From: Bigelowiella natans CCMP2755
Taxonomy: Eukaryota; Protista; Cercozoa
NCBI GenBank assembly: GCA_000320545.1
Contig: ADNK01003147.1
Coordinates: forward strand, 26,101-90,100
Direction of reading: 5' to 3'
DNA: 64,000 nt
The notes under the pieces: model-generated
What the model was told of the DNA's origin: nothing
Databases searched by the model: none
The model's input: only the letters and a program-made list of their open reading frames with translations
Translations under genes and position numbers: made by a program
Part shown: positions 39,315 through 54,070 of the stretch, piece by piece
Position numbering within the stretch: the stretch's first letter is position 1
Layout of the letters: every line of letters begins with the position of its first letter

Positions 39315-40737
39315 GTTCGCATATATTTAAGAGAACAAACTTCTCCCTCAGCTCCAGATAGAGGAATCCCCCATCCAATACATAAATCTCGCAATTCCGC
39401 AGAATCGATATCCCCGCTGTTATCCTGATAATCATGAAAGTGAAGTATATCATTACCATCCGTGTCAATCTCCCCCCCCCCCCCCTCCTCCTTCTCCTCT
39501 TCTTCCTCTTCCTCTCATCATAAAGATGGTTCAAATCCTACCTTATCCCAATCGTCAAACTTTTTCTGAATAAATTCAACATCGTTCATACTTGTTCCTC
39601 TTGACATCTCCTTCATTACATCCTTAAGGCTAATGCGTAATAAGGGAGCAGCGGAGTTATTAAAGGGGTGACGATGGCAAAGGAAGAGGAATATACTCGC
39701 CGAGAAGATGAAATACATGATGCATATTATCACCTATTTAGTTTCTTTCCAGTACTCATTGCCAATAAAATCGCAAATACAGCGAGGGTCACCATATACA
39801 AGAACCCAAGCCAATCCATCCAGCCTCCAGAAGTCAATAAGAGGAAAGCTTCAAATAGATAGAGCAAAGCGCGGCCCCTGCGTGTGTTGCAGTGAGTTGC
39901 GACATTGCTGGTCAAGACGAAGCAATTTATTTCGATGATAGAACGCATCATTACCACGTAGTTGCAAAGAGACGAGCATACTCCTCTATCAGCATTTGGA
40001 ATTTGACAGCATTTTTCATGTATTCTGCCAGGTGTGGATGAGCGAGGAATCTGTTTGCCTTCGTAGTCATATAATTTGTAGCAAAGAAAATACAATCAAT
40101 ACAGGGGCTCAAATAGTTTAAAACACATAATGTAGCACACATAAAATGCATATAAAAAGTTCCATGGTCACAACCCCCTCCCCCAATACTCTTCCACACG
40201 GAACCATGTCCACACGTAAATACATTGGCGGAAAAAAAACTATCTCGTAAGTTTGCAGCTAAACAAAAATTGAGACACCATATCAAAAAGGAAAAATAAG
40301 GGGCATGGCTGAACAAAAATAATGGCCGCGATAGAGTGAAATTTAGCCTCTGCCAACCAAAACTGAAACAATACATTTAGAGATTCCGAAAAGCTGGCGC
40401 ATAATTACGTAAACTATTCGATAGCATTTCTAGTATAAAAATAGCTGCGATTTGTTGCTTGAGCACCTCCAAGACGGTGATAACAAGTCCGAAGAAGATT
40501 GCATATGCATGAAGAGGGAAGTTTGTGAAGTCAGTGAGTAGATTCAATGAAGCAATCGTTGTCGAACCAATACCTAAATGCACACTCGTCCATAAACGCT
40601 CCAGGAAATGAAGACAAAGAAATGAATGAGATTTACAAACCTCCGGCCAGCGCAAGGGTGCCAAGGGTAAAGTAAAAGATCTTCTCGCATTGCGATAACA
40701 CTTCTTTCTTGTCCAAGAGGGGAGAAATTTCGTCCAT
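39108..40737 (-). CDS. Membrane protein of TVP15/COPI-associated type with a C-terminal EF-hand pair
   Basis: MDEISPLLDK.., TM segments HAYAIFFGLVITVLE and GRALLYLFEAFLLL..WLGFLYMVTLAVFAILL. EF-hands FDDWDK|DNSGDIDSAEL and ILDTDRNGKIDKKEFVVWW. TAA stop at 39108-39110. Confidence 0.78.
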
Positions 40738-41306
40738 TGTGTAGGTGCTCCTTCGCTCGAATGGTTGATCTATGTGTTTTAACTACGTCTTTTTAAGCAT
40801 TAGGTATGGTACTCTTTCAAGTATCTAATACCATCTTTACCACTACTACGCCTACCTTACAATGTTAAGACAACGAAGGATGATTGTCGTAAGCAAAGAT
40901 ATCCTCTAGTGGAACTCTTATCTCGTCGGAGCGAGTTCTTCGTAAGAAAGTACTGAGATAATGGGGGGCTATTCAATACTACGGCATACGTTAATACCTT
41001 GTCGTTGATGCAGCTCTGCTTTAACTTCCGATAAGCCAGGAAATGATTAATTATTCAATCCTACGTCAAAGTGTAAGTCTTGTCGTCGTTTCAATTAGTC
41101 CCTGTCCTTGATAGATCATCTTCAACAAACAACACTCGCGCAACACCAGCCTGCTTCCATCGACAATTACGGCAAAAACAACACCGGCAAACATCCTAAG
41201 AAAGCAATACTAGGACATGTGTATGTTAGTGTTGTGTCGGTTGTTGTTCGGAGAATAAGCGAAAATGATCGGGAAATTAATGGTGATTCCAGGAGAATGA
41301 CGATGA

Positions 41307-42531
41307 ATGAGTACCGCCGCTCATTGCAGAACCCAACCACCAGCTAGCTCACGTGAAGAAAGGACAGGGAGGGAGGAGGAGAAGGACGATGCCGAGGTTA
41401 AACTACCTTGCCCCTTAACGTGCTCTCGTGCGCACTCTTTGTTTCTCAGCATTATGCCTCTTGTTTTGGGGGGGGCGGAGGGGGGGGGGGGGGGGGGGCT
41501 CTCCGTGCAATGCATGGACAGCTGACGAGGGTTAGCAGGACGGGGTCTTTTTTAATTTCGAGCTTTTAATTATACACCCAAATCCAACTCCCTTGAATAC
41601 AGAAATAAGTCGAAATCTCCCCGAAATAAGAAATGGGGGAAAACACCAGGGCCAGGAAAGCAGCAACCTAATGGAAACAGAGCTGTCTCCAGAAGAAATG
41701 ATAGTATGAGCAGGAATACAAAAAGGAAAAATTCGAATTCTTCTTCAAGAAAAGGCGATGTAAGAAAAGGGAACAACGCCTACATTGAGAGTCAGAAGGA
41801 TGATAGAAAATGGTACGAAAAGTTAGGATCAAAGCTTCCATCAGGAGATCATTCAACAGGTGGGTAGTAGTACCACACTATTTTAATTAATTACGAGTCT
41901 TATTGCTCTTTCATTGTGTCATCATCATCCTCGCCTTTGCTATCATCATCTTTAATAAGATTAGCTGCGCAATACGCATCATGCTAGCACGGCACTCGTA
42001 CTGAATTGTGCTAGCCTACCCTGCTGCTGCTGCTGCTGTACACGATGAGAGAATGAGAGAATAATCATCGTACATTCAACAACGATTCGGATGTAGTATC
42101 GAATCTTAAAAATAAGAAATAATAATGAAAATGATAGTATTTTTAAGCAACATGCCCTACCACATACATCTCTAGGTGTACGGAATAAGAGCTTTAAACT
42201 CACTTTGAAGCAGGTGTAGTAAGTAGTAGTAGAATAGTAGTAGTAGTAGTAGTAGTTGTAGTAGTAGTAGCACTTGTAGCCCTCTGTGTTATCATCAATC
42301 GATTTGAAGAATAAAGCACTTAAATTGTCGGTATTGTTTCCTTACTGATGAACATTTACCTTGCATTTGATAAAAGGCCTCTGCATTTATGGACAAGGGG
42401 ACCAACGCCCTTAAAGAAGAAGTCGACAGGTAATTGATAGGCATACTATCCACGACGATACATCTATGTATATATGTGTTTATACATGTGTTCGTATAAA
42501 TGCACATATACTCTGTGTGAAGTACATGAAG

Positions 42532-42574
<43 letters not shown>

Positions 42575-43478
42575 GGCTGATCTTCAGTAGCATCAAAGTC
42601 CTAACTATCATCGTTCATATACGTAGATTTTCGGATGAAAAGAGCAAAATACAGGACAAAGGAGAGAAGCGGTAAATTTTCATCGTTATCATAATAATAT
42701 CACTCTTCTGATGAGTGAATTGCTAGTCTTTAATAGCATGGTGTCTTTGATTAACCGACGATGATAGTGTACGTAATAATGACAAATGGTGGGGGTGGAT
42801 GGAATTCCGTTTTGTTGTTGTTATCAAGGTGGTTTGCCAAAGTAATGTCATCAGGTGCTCTGGCAGATAAGGTCATATACATGAGTACTTGCATTTTGTA
42901 TGTAGTTTTTGTATGTGATCAACCCTTGCACCCGATGGTGCGCGCTTGTGTGCGTATGAGCGTGTCATCATCATCATCATCATCATCATTATCATCTTAA
43001 CAAATATGTAGCCGATTCTCTGTTTTATGCAAAAATCAATTGAATGCATTAAACATCTTCAAAAGACCTATTAATAATAATTGTAAGAAGAATAAGAATA
43101 AGAACAACACGGCTGCTTCAGCCGTCAAGGCGTTCTTGACTACTTACATGCTAAACATCTACATTAGCAATGAGAACAGCATGGTTCTCATTTTGTTGTT
43201 GCTACTTCGAAGTTATATGTTAAATATTTTGTCACGTAGTAAGCTGAACAACTGGCAGTACCGCAACCTAATTGTTGGTGTTTTGTACTTTTGTGTTGTT
43301 GATGATGATGATGATGATGATATTGCGGTAGGTGGCTGCATTGACGTTAGCTGTGCAGGAGTCACCTGTCCATAATCTGCCATACCTCGATAGACTCATT
43401 GCAATGTCACAAAAGAAAAAAGGTACTAGCTGCTGCTCACTTCTTGCTACCACCACTCAAGAAAAACAAGATTATGTG

Positions 43479-43513
<35 letters not shown>

Positions 43514-45230
43514 ATATGTAAATGTATGTGTATTAAAGGTTTAAGTTATTCTCGTTTTGTTTGTACATAATATCCTATTATTCCTCTTCCAGCTGCTCGA
43601 GAGCAAAGCATTTCAATGGATATAATATGTAAATGTATGTGTATTAAAGGTTTAAGTTATTCTCGTTTTGTTTGTACATAATATCCTATTATTCCTCTTC
43701 CAGCTGCTCGAGAGCAAAGCATTTCAATGGAGGCATTGAAAGATCTTTTTCTGGCAGTATTACTTCCAAAAGCTCGTAAATTAGTGAGTTTTAAGGAAAG
43801 ACTTAATCTACATTATGCTACATGGAAGAAGAAGAAGAAGAGTAGCAGCATCCGAAGAAAGAAGAACAAAGGCAAGGAAGGGGCACAAAGTAGCAATGCT
43901 GATGATGAAGCAGATGCGACCGAATTTTCGCCTACGAAGGAAGAGCTTGCGTTTTGGTTGTTTGAAGACCAACTAAAGGTAATAATGGTATATCTGACTG
44001 GGTATGTGTGTGTGTGTGTGTGTGTGCGCGCGCGCGCGCGGCATATTTTCCCCTAGATTTCACCATCGTCGTAACCACCCCTTTGATTTACCCCATTTCT
44101 GATTATATTGCTATGTTTGTTATTGTAAGTATTCTCAATAGTAGTCAACGATCCATAATATAACTAACTTTTTGATGCATGTAACGAATTATCTCCCCTC
44201 CTATCGTCTCCTTGGAGTGTAGTGATAACTAGCTAACAACTACAACAACTACTACTACTACTTCTACTACTCAAAGGTACGGTATGGGCAATTCTTGGAA
44301 CAACTTCGCAGAGCACTGCATGATACTCAAGTAATTATGGAAAAACAACCAAAAACCCAACATCGAAAAAGAAACGATAGCTACAACAAATAATAGTGGA
44401 GAGAGAGAGGGGGGTTAGGGGGGGGGGGGGAGGGAGTTGTTGATATTTGTTAAGAAAGGGTGTATGTTGCTTCCATCATCGGTATTATTATAATTTGTTC
44501 TTAAAAGGAATATGTGAAAAAGAGCACGTTGGGTTATTGCCACGATCTTCTGGTAGGAAGGCCGGAGCAGGTAGTAGTACTCGACAATGATCATAAGTAA
44601 CTAGATTATTATTTTATTACAACAACGACGACGACGACTATCTTTCACGACTAAGATGAAGTAATATGATGATAATGATGAGAATAGCCTTTAAGTGCCT
44701 AACATCAGCATTCACACTTTATATACATAGAACTACCATTGATCTTTAGTACTTGAGCAGCCATTGATTTATTTTAAAGGAGCAAGCTCTTCTCTCCATG
44801 ATTATAAATAAACTTGGAGACCCCATCAAGAAGATTGCTTCCCAGGCACTACTACTACTACATACTACTACTACTATATACTACTAAATGCTACCACATA
44901 CTACATACTACTACTACATACTACTAAATACTACCACATACTACATACTACTACCACTACTACATACATACTACTACTACTACTACTACTACTACTGCTG
45001 CCACTACCACTGCTATTACCACTACTTTCCAGTAGATATCAATGTTTAGACAAAAGGAGGTGATAACACCAACTTCAACTATACTACCTGATCTAACAAA
45101 TCTCTACCCTTCTCCCTCCTCCTCCTCCTCTTCCTCCTCCTCCTCTCTTCTTCTTCTTCTTCATTTCTCCCATATGTAGTCGGTATTTCTAGTCCACAAG
45201 ATTCTTAAGAAGCATCCTGGTAAATAATCG

Positions 45231-45267
<37 letters not shown>

Positions 45268-46950
45268 GGCTATGGATTGCGTTTGATGACTAAACAACGA
45301 CAAGACGATACATGTGTGTGTGCATTTCATTTGCTTTATCATTGCTTTAAGTTGAGAGGTGAAACATTAAGTGTTGGGGTTACTACTACTACTTCTTCCT
45401 TCGTCTTGTTGTTGTTGTTGTTGTTGTTGTTGTTGCATTGTTCGTGATGGTGATGATAATGGTATTGATGCTTGACAAATCATCATGGGTAGATAATGGA
45501 TATAGATACACAAACACAAACACTGCTACTTTACCATCACCAGAAGTGCCTTGTTTCCTCCGCCTCCTATTTTGATCATGATTGATCATGATCTTCTTCT
45601 TCCTCTTCTTCCTCATGCAAACATGGTGACTTCTTGCTATGTTATTTGCTACTTTCTTTACTCATTTACTTATGACTCCTCCTCACTAGGAATGAAAATC
45701 GCAGTCGTCAAAGAAGTTGAGCATATGCTCTTTAGACCAAACATCACAGATCGAGGCAAGTATTATGGCCTCATTTGCCTCAATCAGGTACTACTAATGC
45801 TACTCTCTCCTCCCAGTAGTTTTATCTTTTCAATCTACGTTCTTGAAGCCACCATATTGTAGTTTCGTCATGTAAGAACTAGTGAATCTTAGTGTACTAC
45901 CAAACAACACTTGCTTTACTGGTACATCTGATGATTGATCTCGTCTATTTGCTGTTTTTACTATCTTCTAAGATTATTTTTAGTAGAAGTAGCGTATGTC
46001 GCGAAGCTGCAGGGTACATGATTAAGGTATTGTTATAGAAGAAGAAGAAGAAGAAGAAGAAGAAGAAGATATGATCATATGATCATATGATGATATGGAA
46101 TCGAAACGAAATTGCAAGAGAAGAATGCCAACCTTCTACTTTTCTCTGTGTTACCGCAGTCTATTACCATCATCTTCGTCGTAGCATCGCTTGTATTGTC
46201 TTTATTGTTTATTTCTTCTTTTCTTATCCGCCTCTCATTTGCCTCTTTTGCTACTATTCCACATACAATGCAAATGCTTGTAGGTGTACCTCAGCGTATT
46301 CAATTCCTTACTTGATAATGGAGAAAGTGTGCAAGAAACTATGGGGAAGAAGAAGAAAGATCCCAGACGACCACAGAAGAGCAGCAGCAATATTATGACT
46401 ACTACGAACCCAAGAATGGTATGGACAATATCATCAGCATCACCACAATAATCACGATAGTAAGTAAACAATGATGACTATTACGTGGTGGGAATGTCTG
46501 GGAATAAATGCCCCTTATTTCATACAAATTGACTCGCCATTCCTCTCTGACTAGTTTGTAATAGTAGTAGTAGCAGTAGTAGTAGTAGTAGTATTGCAAT
46601 GTCCTGTGATATGATATCATCATCATGATCATCGTCATTATAATGATAATTAATGATGATGATGATGATGATGATGATAGTGTGTTGGTGCTTAATGACT
46701 ATCTGCCTACGACTCATCAGGTTGCAGCTTTGCTCACGGGTATTCACAGAGCTGTACCATTCGCAGGAGAAGACTATGTAGTAGTACTAGTAGTAGTAGT
46801 AGTAGTAATAACATGAGAAAGAGACCGATGATAGATAAATAATGATGAAGATCATATGCTTATAGTAACCCTATCTGCCAGTGGCAATAGTACACCAAAA
46901 AAATGAAGATGAATAAATGATTTATCTCACATCATTATCAATATCATCAC

Positions 46951-46985
<35 letters not shown>

Positions 46986-47276
46986 CTATCATCATTATCA
47001 TCAGCTAAAAAGGTGATAGTAGAAGTAGTATTAAATAAGTCATCATATAATGCTGCGTCACACGCTCCTATGAAATGAGTTATTTTATCTCCCTCCCCTC
47101 CTTTCTTTTTAATGACTCCTCTCCATAGGTGGAAGAGATATCAGATGCTTCTTCTGTCTTGTTTCGAGTGGTAATAATGTCATGTGCGGCAGCTTGTACA
47201 AACATAAGAATATGATAACGACGATGATGATGATGATGATGATGATGATGGTAATGATGATGATGATGCATGCGAC

Positions 47277-47356
<80 letters not shown>

Positions 47357-47550
47357 GCTCGGCACGTACATCTGCTGATATTGATGCCAACACTACAGGT
47401 TCATCAGTCATCTCTTCCTGCTGCGACACAAGCACTAGCTGTAAGGAGATTGATAGACAGACAACAACAACAACAACAACAACACAAGCACTAGCTGTAA
47501 GGAGATTGATAGACAGACAACAACAACAACAACAACAACAACAGCGCACC

Positions 47551-47588
<38 letters not shown>

Positions 47589-49210
47589 CGTGCTACTGTT
47601 TGCTGCTGTAGGTGCTGTTTCAACTCCTTCCAGAGGCAAACGATGATCATGATTATGATGATAACACGAGTAAGAATGAAGAAAACAGGGCTACACAGTT
47701 GTCATCTCGCAAAGGGAAAAACGAAGAATACAAACATACTGATGGTAACCATGATGATCTTGAAGAAGAACATCCCAATCACGACGGAGGAAGTACTCTT
47801 ACAAAACGATTTTACCGTGCTCTTTACGCCAAGATTCTGTCCCTCCGAGGACCAACAGGCCATAGGTACTACTACCACTACTACCACTACTACTACCACT
47901 ACTACTACCACTACTACTACTAATCCTACATTGTTCCTAGATAATGAGCTGGGAGCTCTACTCATATTGCAGCTTATTAAATCTCTTTTATATGCAAAAG
48001 ACTGAATACACAAATATACCTCAAGTTGTATGTAGCACAAATAATATGGTGATACGATTGTGCAGGTGCTTGACGATGCTGCTGAATCTTCTCTTCAAAG
48101 CAATGGTAGTGAATAATTACAATGCACGCTAAAACTACCACCTCACTTTATCAACTTGAGAAGAAAGAGAAGAGGGGGGAGAGATGATGATGGTGATGAT
48201 GATGATGATGAAAATTTTCTACTCGGTGTCATGATGAACTACCCTTTAGATCTTGCTTCATCATCATTGTCCTCCTGCTCTCATCATCATCAGATGCATC
48301 ATCATCATCATCATTGTCCTCCTGCTCTCATCATCATCATCATCATTATCAGATGCGCGACCTAAATACGGAAAGAATTGCAGCTTTTATCAAAAGAATA
48401 CTTCAAGTTTGTGGAGTGGTAGTGAAACTTTTGTTGGGAGAAGGCGGAGGAGGAGGAGGAGGAGGAGGAGGAGGAGGAGGAGGCTATTAGCTAGAAGATT
48501 GGGAAAGTTTAATTAGTACGGAATTGATGAGATGCTGCCATACTACTTACTATAATCCACTTGCTTGAAGAAGAAGAAGAAGAAAAAGAAGAAGAAGAAG
48601 AAAAAGAAGAGGAAGAAACACCATGCAGTATAGCTTAAAGAATTATTCGTTCTGAGCATGTTTCCTTATTATCATTTGTATTATTATTATTATATCTCCT
48701 CATAATATTGTTGTTGAAAGGCGTTCCAATCATTTCTTCTTCCTCACCATCAGCATCTTTACAATCATCATATCCCTTCCTTGCATCAACCCCCCCCCCT
48801 TTGCACAACCTTATGATATATTATCATCAGGTACCACCTCATGTCGCATGTGCCTTGCTGTATCTGGTGGCTAATGTTGGATCAAAGGCGCGTACCATTG
48901 TGGACTCCCTTATGAAAAACGAAGAAGAAGAAAAAGAAGAAGAAGAAATGGGAGGAGGAGGAGGAGGAAAAGAAGATGAGGATGGTAAAAGCACTAGCAA
49001 GGATAATGTAGCAGCAGTTGGAAATAGGTGTAAAAAGTGCTACGATCCGCAGAAACGAGAACCTTTACACGCCAAAGCAGGCGCGTCTTGCTTGTGGGAA
49101 GCTACACTGCTATCAATGTAATAGTAGTTGTAGCAGTAGTGGTGGTGGTGGTAGGAAGCTACACTGCTATCAATGTAATAGTAGTAGTACTAGCAGTAGT
49201 GGTGGTAGTG

Positions 49211-49241
<31 letters not shown>

Positions 49242-49310
49242 AGATAGTAGTTGGTAGCAGCAGCAGCAGAGCAGCAGTAGTAATTTAGTATGTGATATGT
49301 GTTGGAATAT

Positions 49311-49343
<33 letters not shown>

Positions 49344-49412
49344 GATCTCACCCTCACTATTACTATATTTCTCGTCGTCATCATCATTATCATTGTTATC
49401 ATTATCATTGTT

Positions 49413-49446
<34 letters not shown>

Positions 49447-51216
49447 AGGTCATATTTCCATCCTGGGGTAACTAAGTTTACACAAGATATCTTGCCGTTG
49501 GAGACTGCATTCATGCTGATGGGTATTGTTAGTACTACGTGCGTTAGTAGTAGTATATGTGATGTGGTGCTCATGTCCTGGAAGCAAATAATGACCGAAT
49601 TAATAGAAACTACAACCAGGAAGAAGAGGAAGAAGAGGTGGAGGAGGAGGCTATTTTTATAAGTTTTTATTTTCCCCAATAGGAAATATGGTCGGTATGA
49701 TCATCATCATCATCATCACCATCATCATCACCACCACCAGCAGCAGCACTAACCACAGTTTTGTGTTACTGATAACCCCACAATCCTACCACTTAGATCA
49801 AGATAATCATACGAGCGGCGAAGGCAGCAGCAACCATGACATCAGCAAGAAGATGAAGATGAGACGGCTACAAAAGCGCTCAAATAGCTATTCTGGAGAC
49901 CCCTTGGTAGTAGTAAGAGTAGTAATATAGTATAGTAATAGGCCACATTCGCACAGTGATACAACAACAACAACAACAACAACAACTCACTTTTGATCGC
50001 AGCGCATGTAGAACCGTGTATTACTATACGAGAAGAAGGCAATCTACTGCTGCTCCTAACAGCTACTATATTTCTACTAAACAAGACTCAATTGAAATTA
50101 TACAAAGTTATTCTTATCATCACCCTCATCATCATCCAACCTCCTTTTTCAGGTTGATTTCACGAATATTGCTTTCCTCGATAGGTCTCCATTATTATCA
50201 ACATCATCATCATCATCATCATCACTTTTGCTGTGATTATCATTATTCTTAGATTCGTATTTCGAAATCCTAAAAAGATGGACAAGAAAGATGATGCAAA
50301 TAAAGGTTATTTTGTTAGTTGTAGTAGTAATCGTAGTAGTAGTAGTAGTAGTAATAGTAGTAGTAGTAGTAGTAGTAATAATAGTAATAGTAGTGCTATT
50401 TGTTGGAGGTGTGTAATTAGCAGCACACACATATGTGTGTATATGTGTGTGTATATATGTGTGTATATATGATATATGTCCGCACTAATTCAACACTATT
50501 TCACACACACACACACACGCATTTACCTTTGATGTGTTGGAAAAATCATCATCTTGATCCTTCCTCATAATATAAGGAGGCATATTTGCCAAACAACAAC
50601 AAGCTGCTGCTTCTTCCTCCTCCTCCTCGACAAATCACAATCAACCAGTCAATACTGATGAATTCATCAATCAGCAAGAAAGCCAGGTACAATTTGCATC
50701 ATATTGTAGTATGGCTACTAGTGCTTTGATTCACTGATCGATTGCATGATGTTGTCTATATTGTTTATTCAGTGTACTTCTCAATCATTCTAGTATATTA
50801 TGCTTGTTGTTGTCTGGTGGTTTTCTTGTTCTCTCCTCATCGTCGCCCTCCTCCTACTTCTCATCATCTTTGACAGGTTGCTTCCCACGAACGTTTCTTC
50901 TACAAGTATTTTAAGCTCAAGGCTGCTGCTGAAAGAAAAATGCTCTCACACGATGATGATGATGATGATGATGACGAGGAGGAGGAAGAAGAGGATGATG
51001 AAGAGCTAGTAAATGATTTTAAGGTACGTTCAGCAGCAGCAGCAGCAGCAGCAGCAGCGGGGAATAGTACCCATTTTCTCATCGTTTATGTAGTTAGTCA
51101 TCGTTTTCATCATCATAGTATCTGTTGCTGAGAATAGTCTTTTTTAGAAAGTTTTCCAACATTATTTCATCTTAACTTAACGTTGATTTTATGAGCGTCT
51201 TGTCATACTATTTAGT

Positions 51217-51255
<39 letters not shown>

Positions 51256-52793
51256 TCAATATTGAGATAGGTAGATCCATTCGTTGGTTGAAGGTGAATT
51301 GTTGTTTCTGTTGTTATCAATCCATCTTCAGACATCCTCATCATCCTCAGCAAAAGCATCGTCGTACCTCCTATCTGCAAACATGAAAGAAGAAGAAGAC
51401 GATATGGCTTCTTCATCTGATGCTAATTCAGAAGAAATAGACGAATACTTTGATTTATTGATGGAAAAGGAACTACGCAAACAAGCTAAAGGAGATGATC
51501 CTGACATGCCAGATGAATTCTTGGACCCCGACATTGATGATGATAACGATGATGATTATGAGGCTATCCATCAAGTTCATCACGACGACGATGACGATGA
51601 CGATGACAGCGACGCTGATTTTGATGATTTTGCCGCTGTTAAAGGAGGAAATGATGATGCTAATGATGATCATCAAGAGGATGTCATGGAGGAAGAAGAT
51701 GAGGATAATGATGATGATGATGATGATGATGATAAGAATAGACCAATACCTGATGCTCATACTCTTGATAGCGACGATAGCAGCGGCAATGATGATAACG
51801 ATTACGATGATAGTGATGACGATGATGATGAAGAAGCTGCTGAGCAAGAAGCACTTCAGGAGATGATGATGATGGGAAATGAAGGAGGAAAAAGAAGAAG
51901 CATGGATGATACAGATGACGATGAGGACGACGAGGAGGAGGATGATGATCTCTTCAATGCATTAGCAGCAGAGAGTGATGAAGATGAGAGTGACTTCGGA
52001 GATTATGATGATAATGATGATAATGAGAAGAACAATGATCGTACGTTCGCAGCAGCTGAAGAGTTTGCACAGTAATATGAATCCCTAGCTCTAGTCGTAT
52101 CCGTTGTTGAGAAATATAAATGTATACTACGACAATATATATTATATATATATATTTATATAATATATACAATATATATGGACGATGTACACACACCAAT
52201 GCATGTTCCCATATGTAAAGCAATGCGTTTATTTTAGAGAACACGTAGAAACATTTAAATTTTGATTACGATTAAGTAAATTAACTGTTGGTACGATCAT
52301 TAGCAAGATTTTACAAGTAGATTTTAATAGTCAGTGAAAAGCTTTTGAACAAACGTTTGATAAAGTATTTTTTTTGCTATATCCTAATCGTCATCACAAG
52401 ATCATGATCATCATAGTCATCATTCTCTTCAAACATAGGTTATTGGAAAGTAACCCCAGGACGAAAGCAGCAGGTCGCAAGCAATTAGAATGGGAAGCTA
52501 AGGCGGCGGTGACATCATCATCAGTACATAAAGGGAAAAGGAAGAATCGTAGTAGTAGTAGTAGTAGTAAAAGTAATAGTGGGGAATTGGGTAAGAAAGG
52601 AATGAGGAGTCATGATGATAAGATACAACATAAAAAGAAGAAGAATGGATTTAGAATCACATCCATTGGAAGCGCGGTACCAGCCGCATCCAAAGGCAAA
52701 AAAAATAAAAGAACGTTGAGTCTAACTCCGAAAAAATCGGGATCTCGTAGCACTCCAAATTCCAGGAAGAAAAGGCAGAAGACTCGTAAATAA
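41307..52793 (+). CDS. MAK21: Ribosome biogenesis protein NOC1/MAK21 (CEBPZ, CBF/Mak21 family)
   Basis: Exon motifs in the expected order: WFAKVMSSGALADK, LTLAVQESPVHNL, LKDLFLAVLLP, WLFEDQLK, KPEQ|EQALLSMIINKLGDP, VVKEVEHMLFRPN, ALLTGIHRAVPF, RFYRALYAKIL, YDPQKREP..CLWE, FHPGV, YSGDPL, RFVFRNPKK, ERFFYKYF, an acidic tract, FAAAEEF and a basic tail. Start approximate. Confidence 0.92.
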
Positions 52794-52980
52794 ATTTTAT
52801 GTCTGTAAACGTGCTATTGTAGTAGCACCAAATTTAAATACATGTGGTGGTCCGCCGTATTTGTTCCTACACATGCAGTAAACGATGAGACGTTTTCGAT
52901 AGCTTTCAAATGTGTGAGATTTTGACCATTGTGAAAGCACTGTGAAGTATTTGCAGGCGTGCATGTGTTTATCGCCAGGC

Positions 52981-53450
52981 ACTTTGCATGGAATTGCTCA
53001 TGCGCACAAAACTCAACTCGTGCAAAAACTTGTCGCTTGTGCTCTGATGCTATGTGCGTGGCGGCACGTTTTGCTGAATCGCCGCACACAAAATCGCTCG
53101 TTGTTGACAAGTTCAAGAAGCAAACAAACGTTTGTTGACAAGACACAAAACACAACTCAGCACTGCTAGACTGGAGCACGTGCACTGTCCTCATTTCATC
53201 ACGTCCAAGTCTAGCTGCAGCCTTGTTTGCTCACCTTTCATTTTTCGCTCTGTGACACCTGGCTCTCTGCAATTTGACCATTACGAAACTTTTTGAGCTC
53301 ATCCGACGAAAGCACACTGTCTTGCTCTTTTTCGGTGGCATCGCCACAGATCGCTAGCTAGCTAGGTCAGATCACAGTGATGGGGACAAAACTCACACTG
53401 TTTTTTGTTTTTCCAACATGACACACCATCCGCTATGATTCCGAAAACTA
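52981..53450. other. TpA-depleted intergenic island between MAK21 and oligopeptidase B
   Basis: 9 TpA counted, 8 in CTA/TAG (including gctagctagctag). Confidence 0.8.
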
Positions 53451-54070
53451 TTCAGCAGAAATCTTCGTGTCTTCTATACTTCCTTGGCCGGGCATGGTCG
53501 CATTCTGGCGCAAGGCTTGAAGGGCATCCAGTTCGGCACTCGGCATGTCGCTCCAGGTTGTTAATGGCCTCTTCCGCATCGCGGAATTTTGTCCCATGGT
53601 CTGTCGACTACATTTGCTAGACTGGCAAGGGGTGGCAATGGAGTGAGGCCTGAAAGCGGAGGCTTCAGAAGAAGAGAGGGTGTGCTGGGTGCAATGCTGA
53701 GATGAATTTTGGGTTTTGAGACAGTACGACTAGGTAAGAGGCAAGAGGGATCATGTAATGTTGTTGTCGCACTTATGAAATCCCCTGTCTAATGAACCTT
53801 TGAAATCCGAAGGCCTACAACCTACAACGCACATTCGCACACGGATCAAATTGTGTAAATTTCCCAGTTCACTTTGCTACTGCGACTATGCATCAGAAAG
53901 AAAAGTATTAAAAGTACCGGTAAAGAGCTAAGAGAGGTATAGTATATTGGATGTCTTAGGCATAAAACCGCATGCATTTCGATGATTATGATGATAATGA
54001 TGATGATGACGATGCGCTGCTTCTAGATCTATTTCCCCACTGATCGCACTCACCAAACAGATCTATAATA

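Noticed and set aside
45200-51900. Poly-M/H/I/S/Y ORFs
   Set aside because: Intronic trinucleotide microsatellites. Only the acidic exon within ORF 51284..52075 is genuine MAK21 coding sequence.
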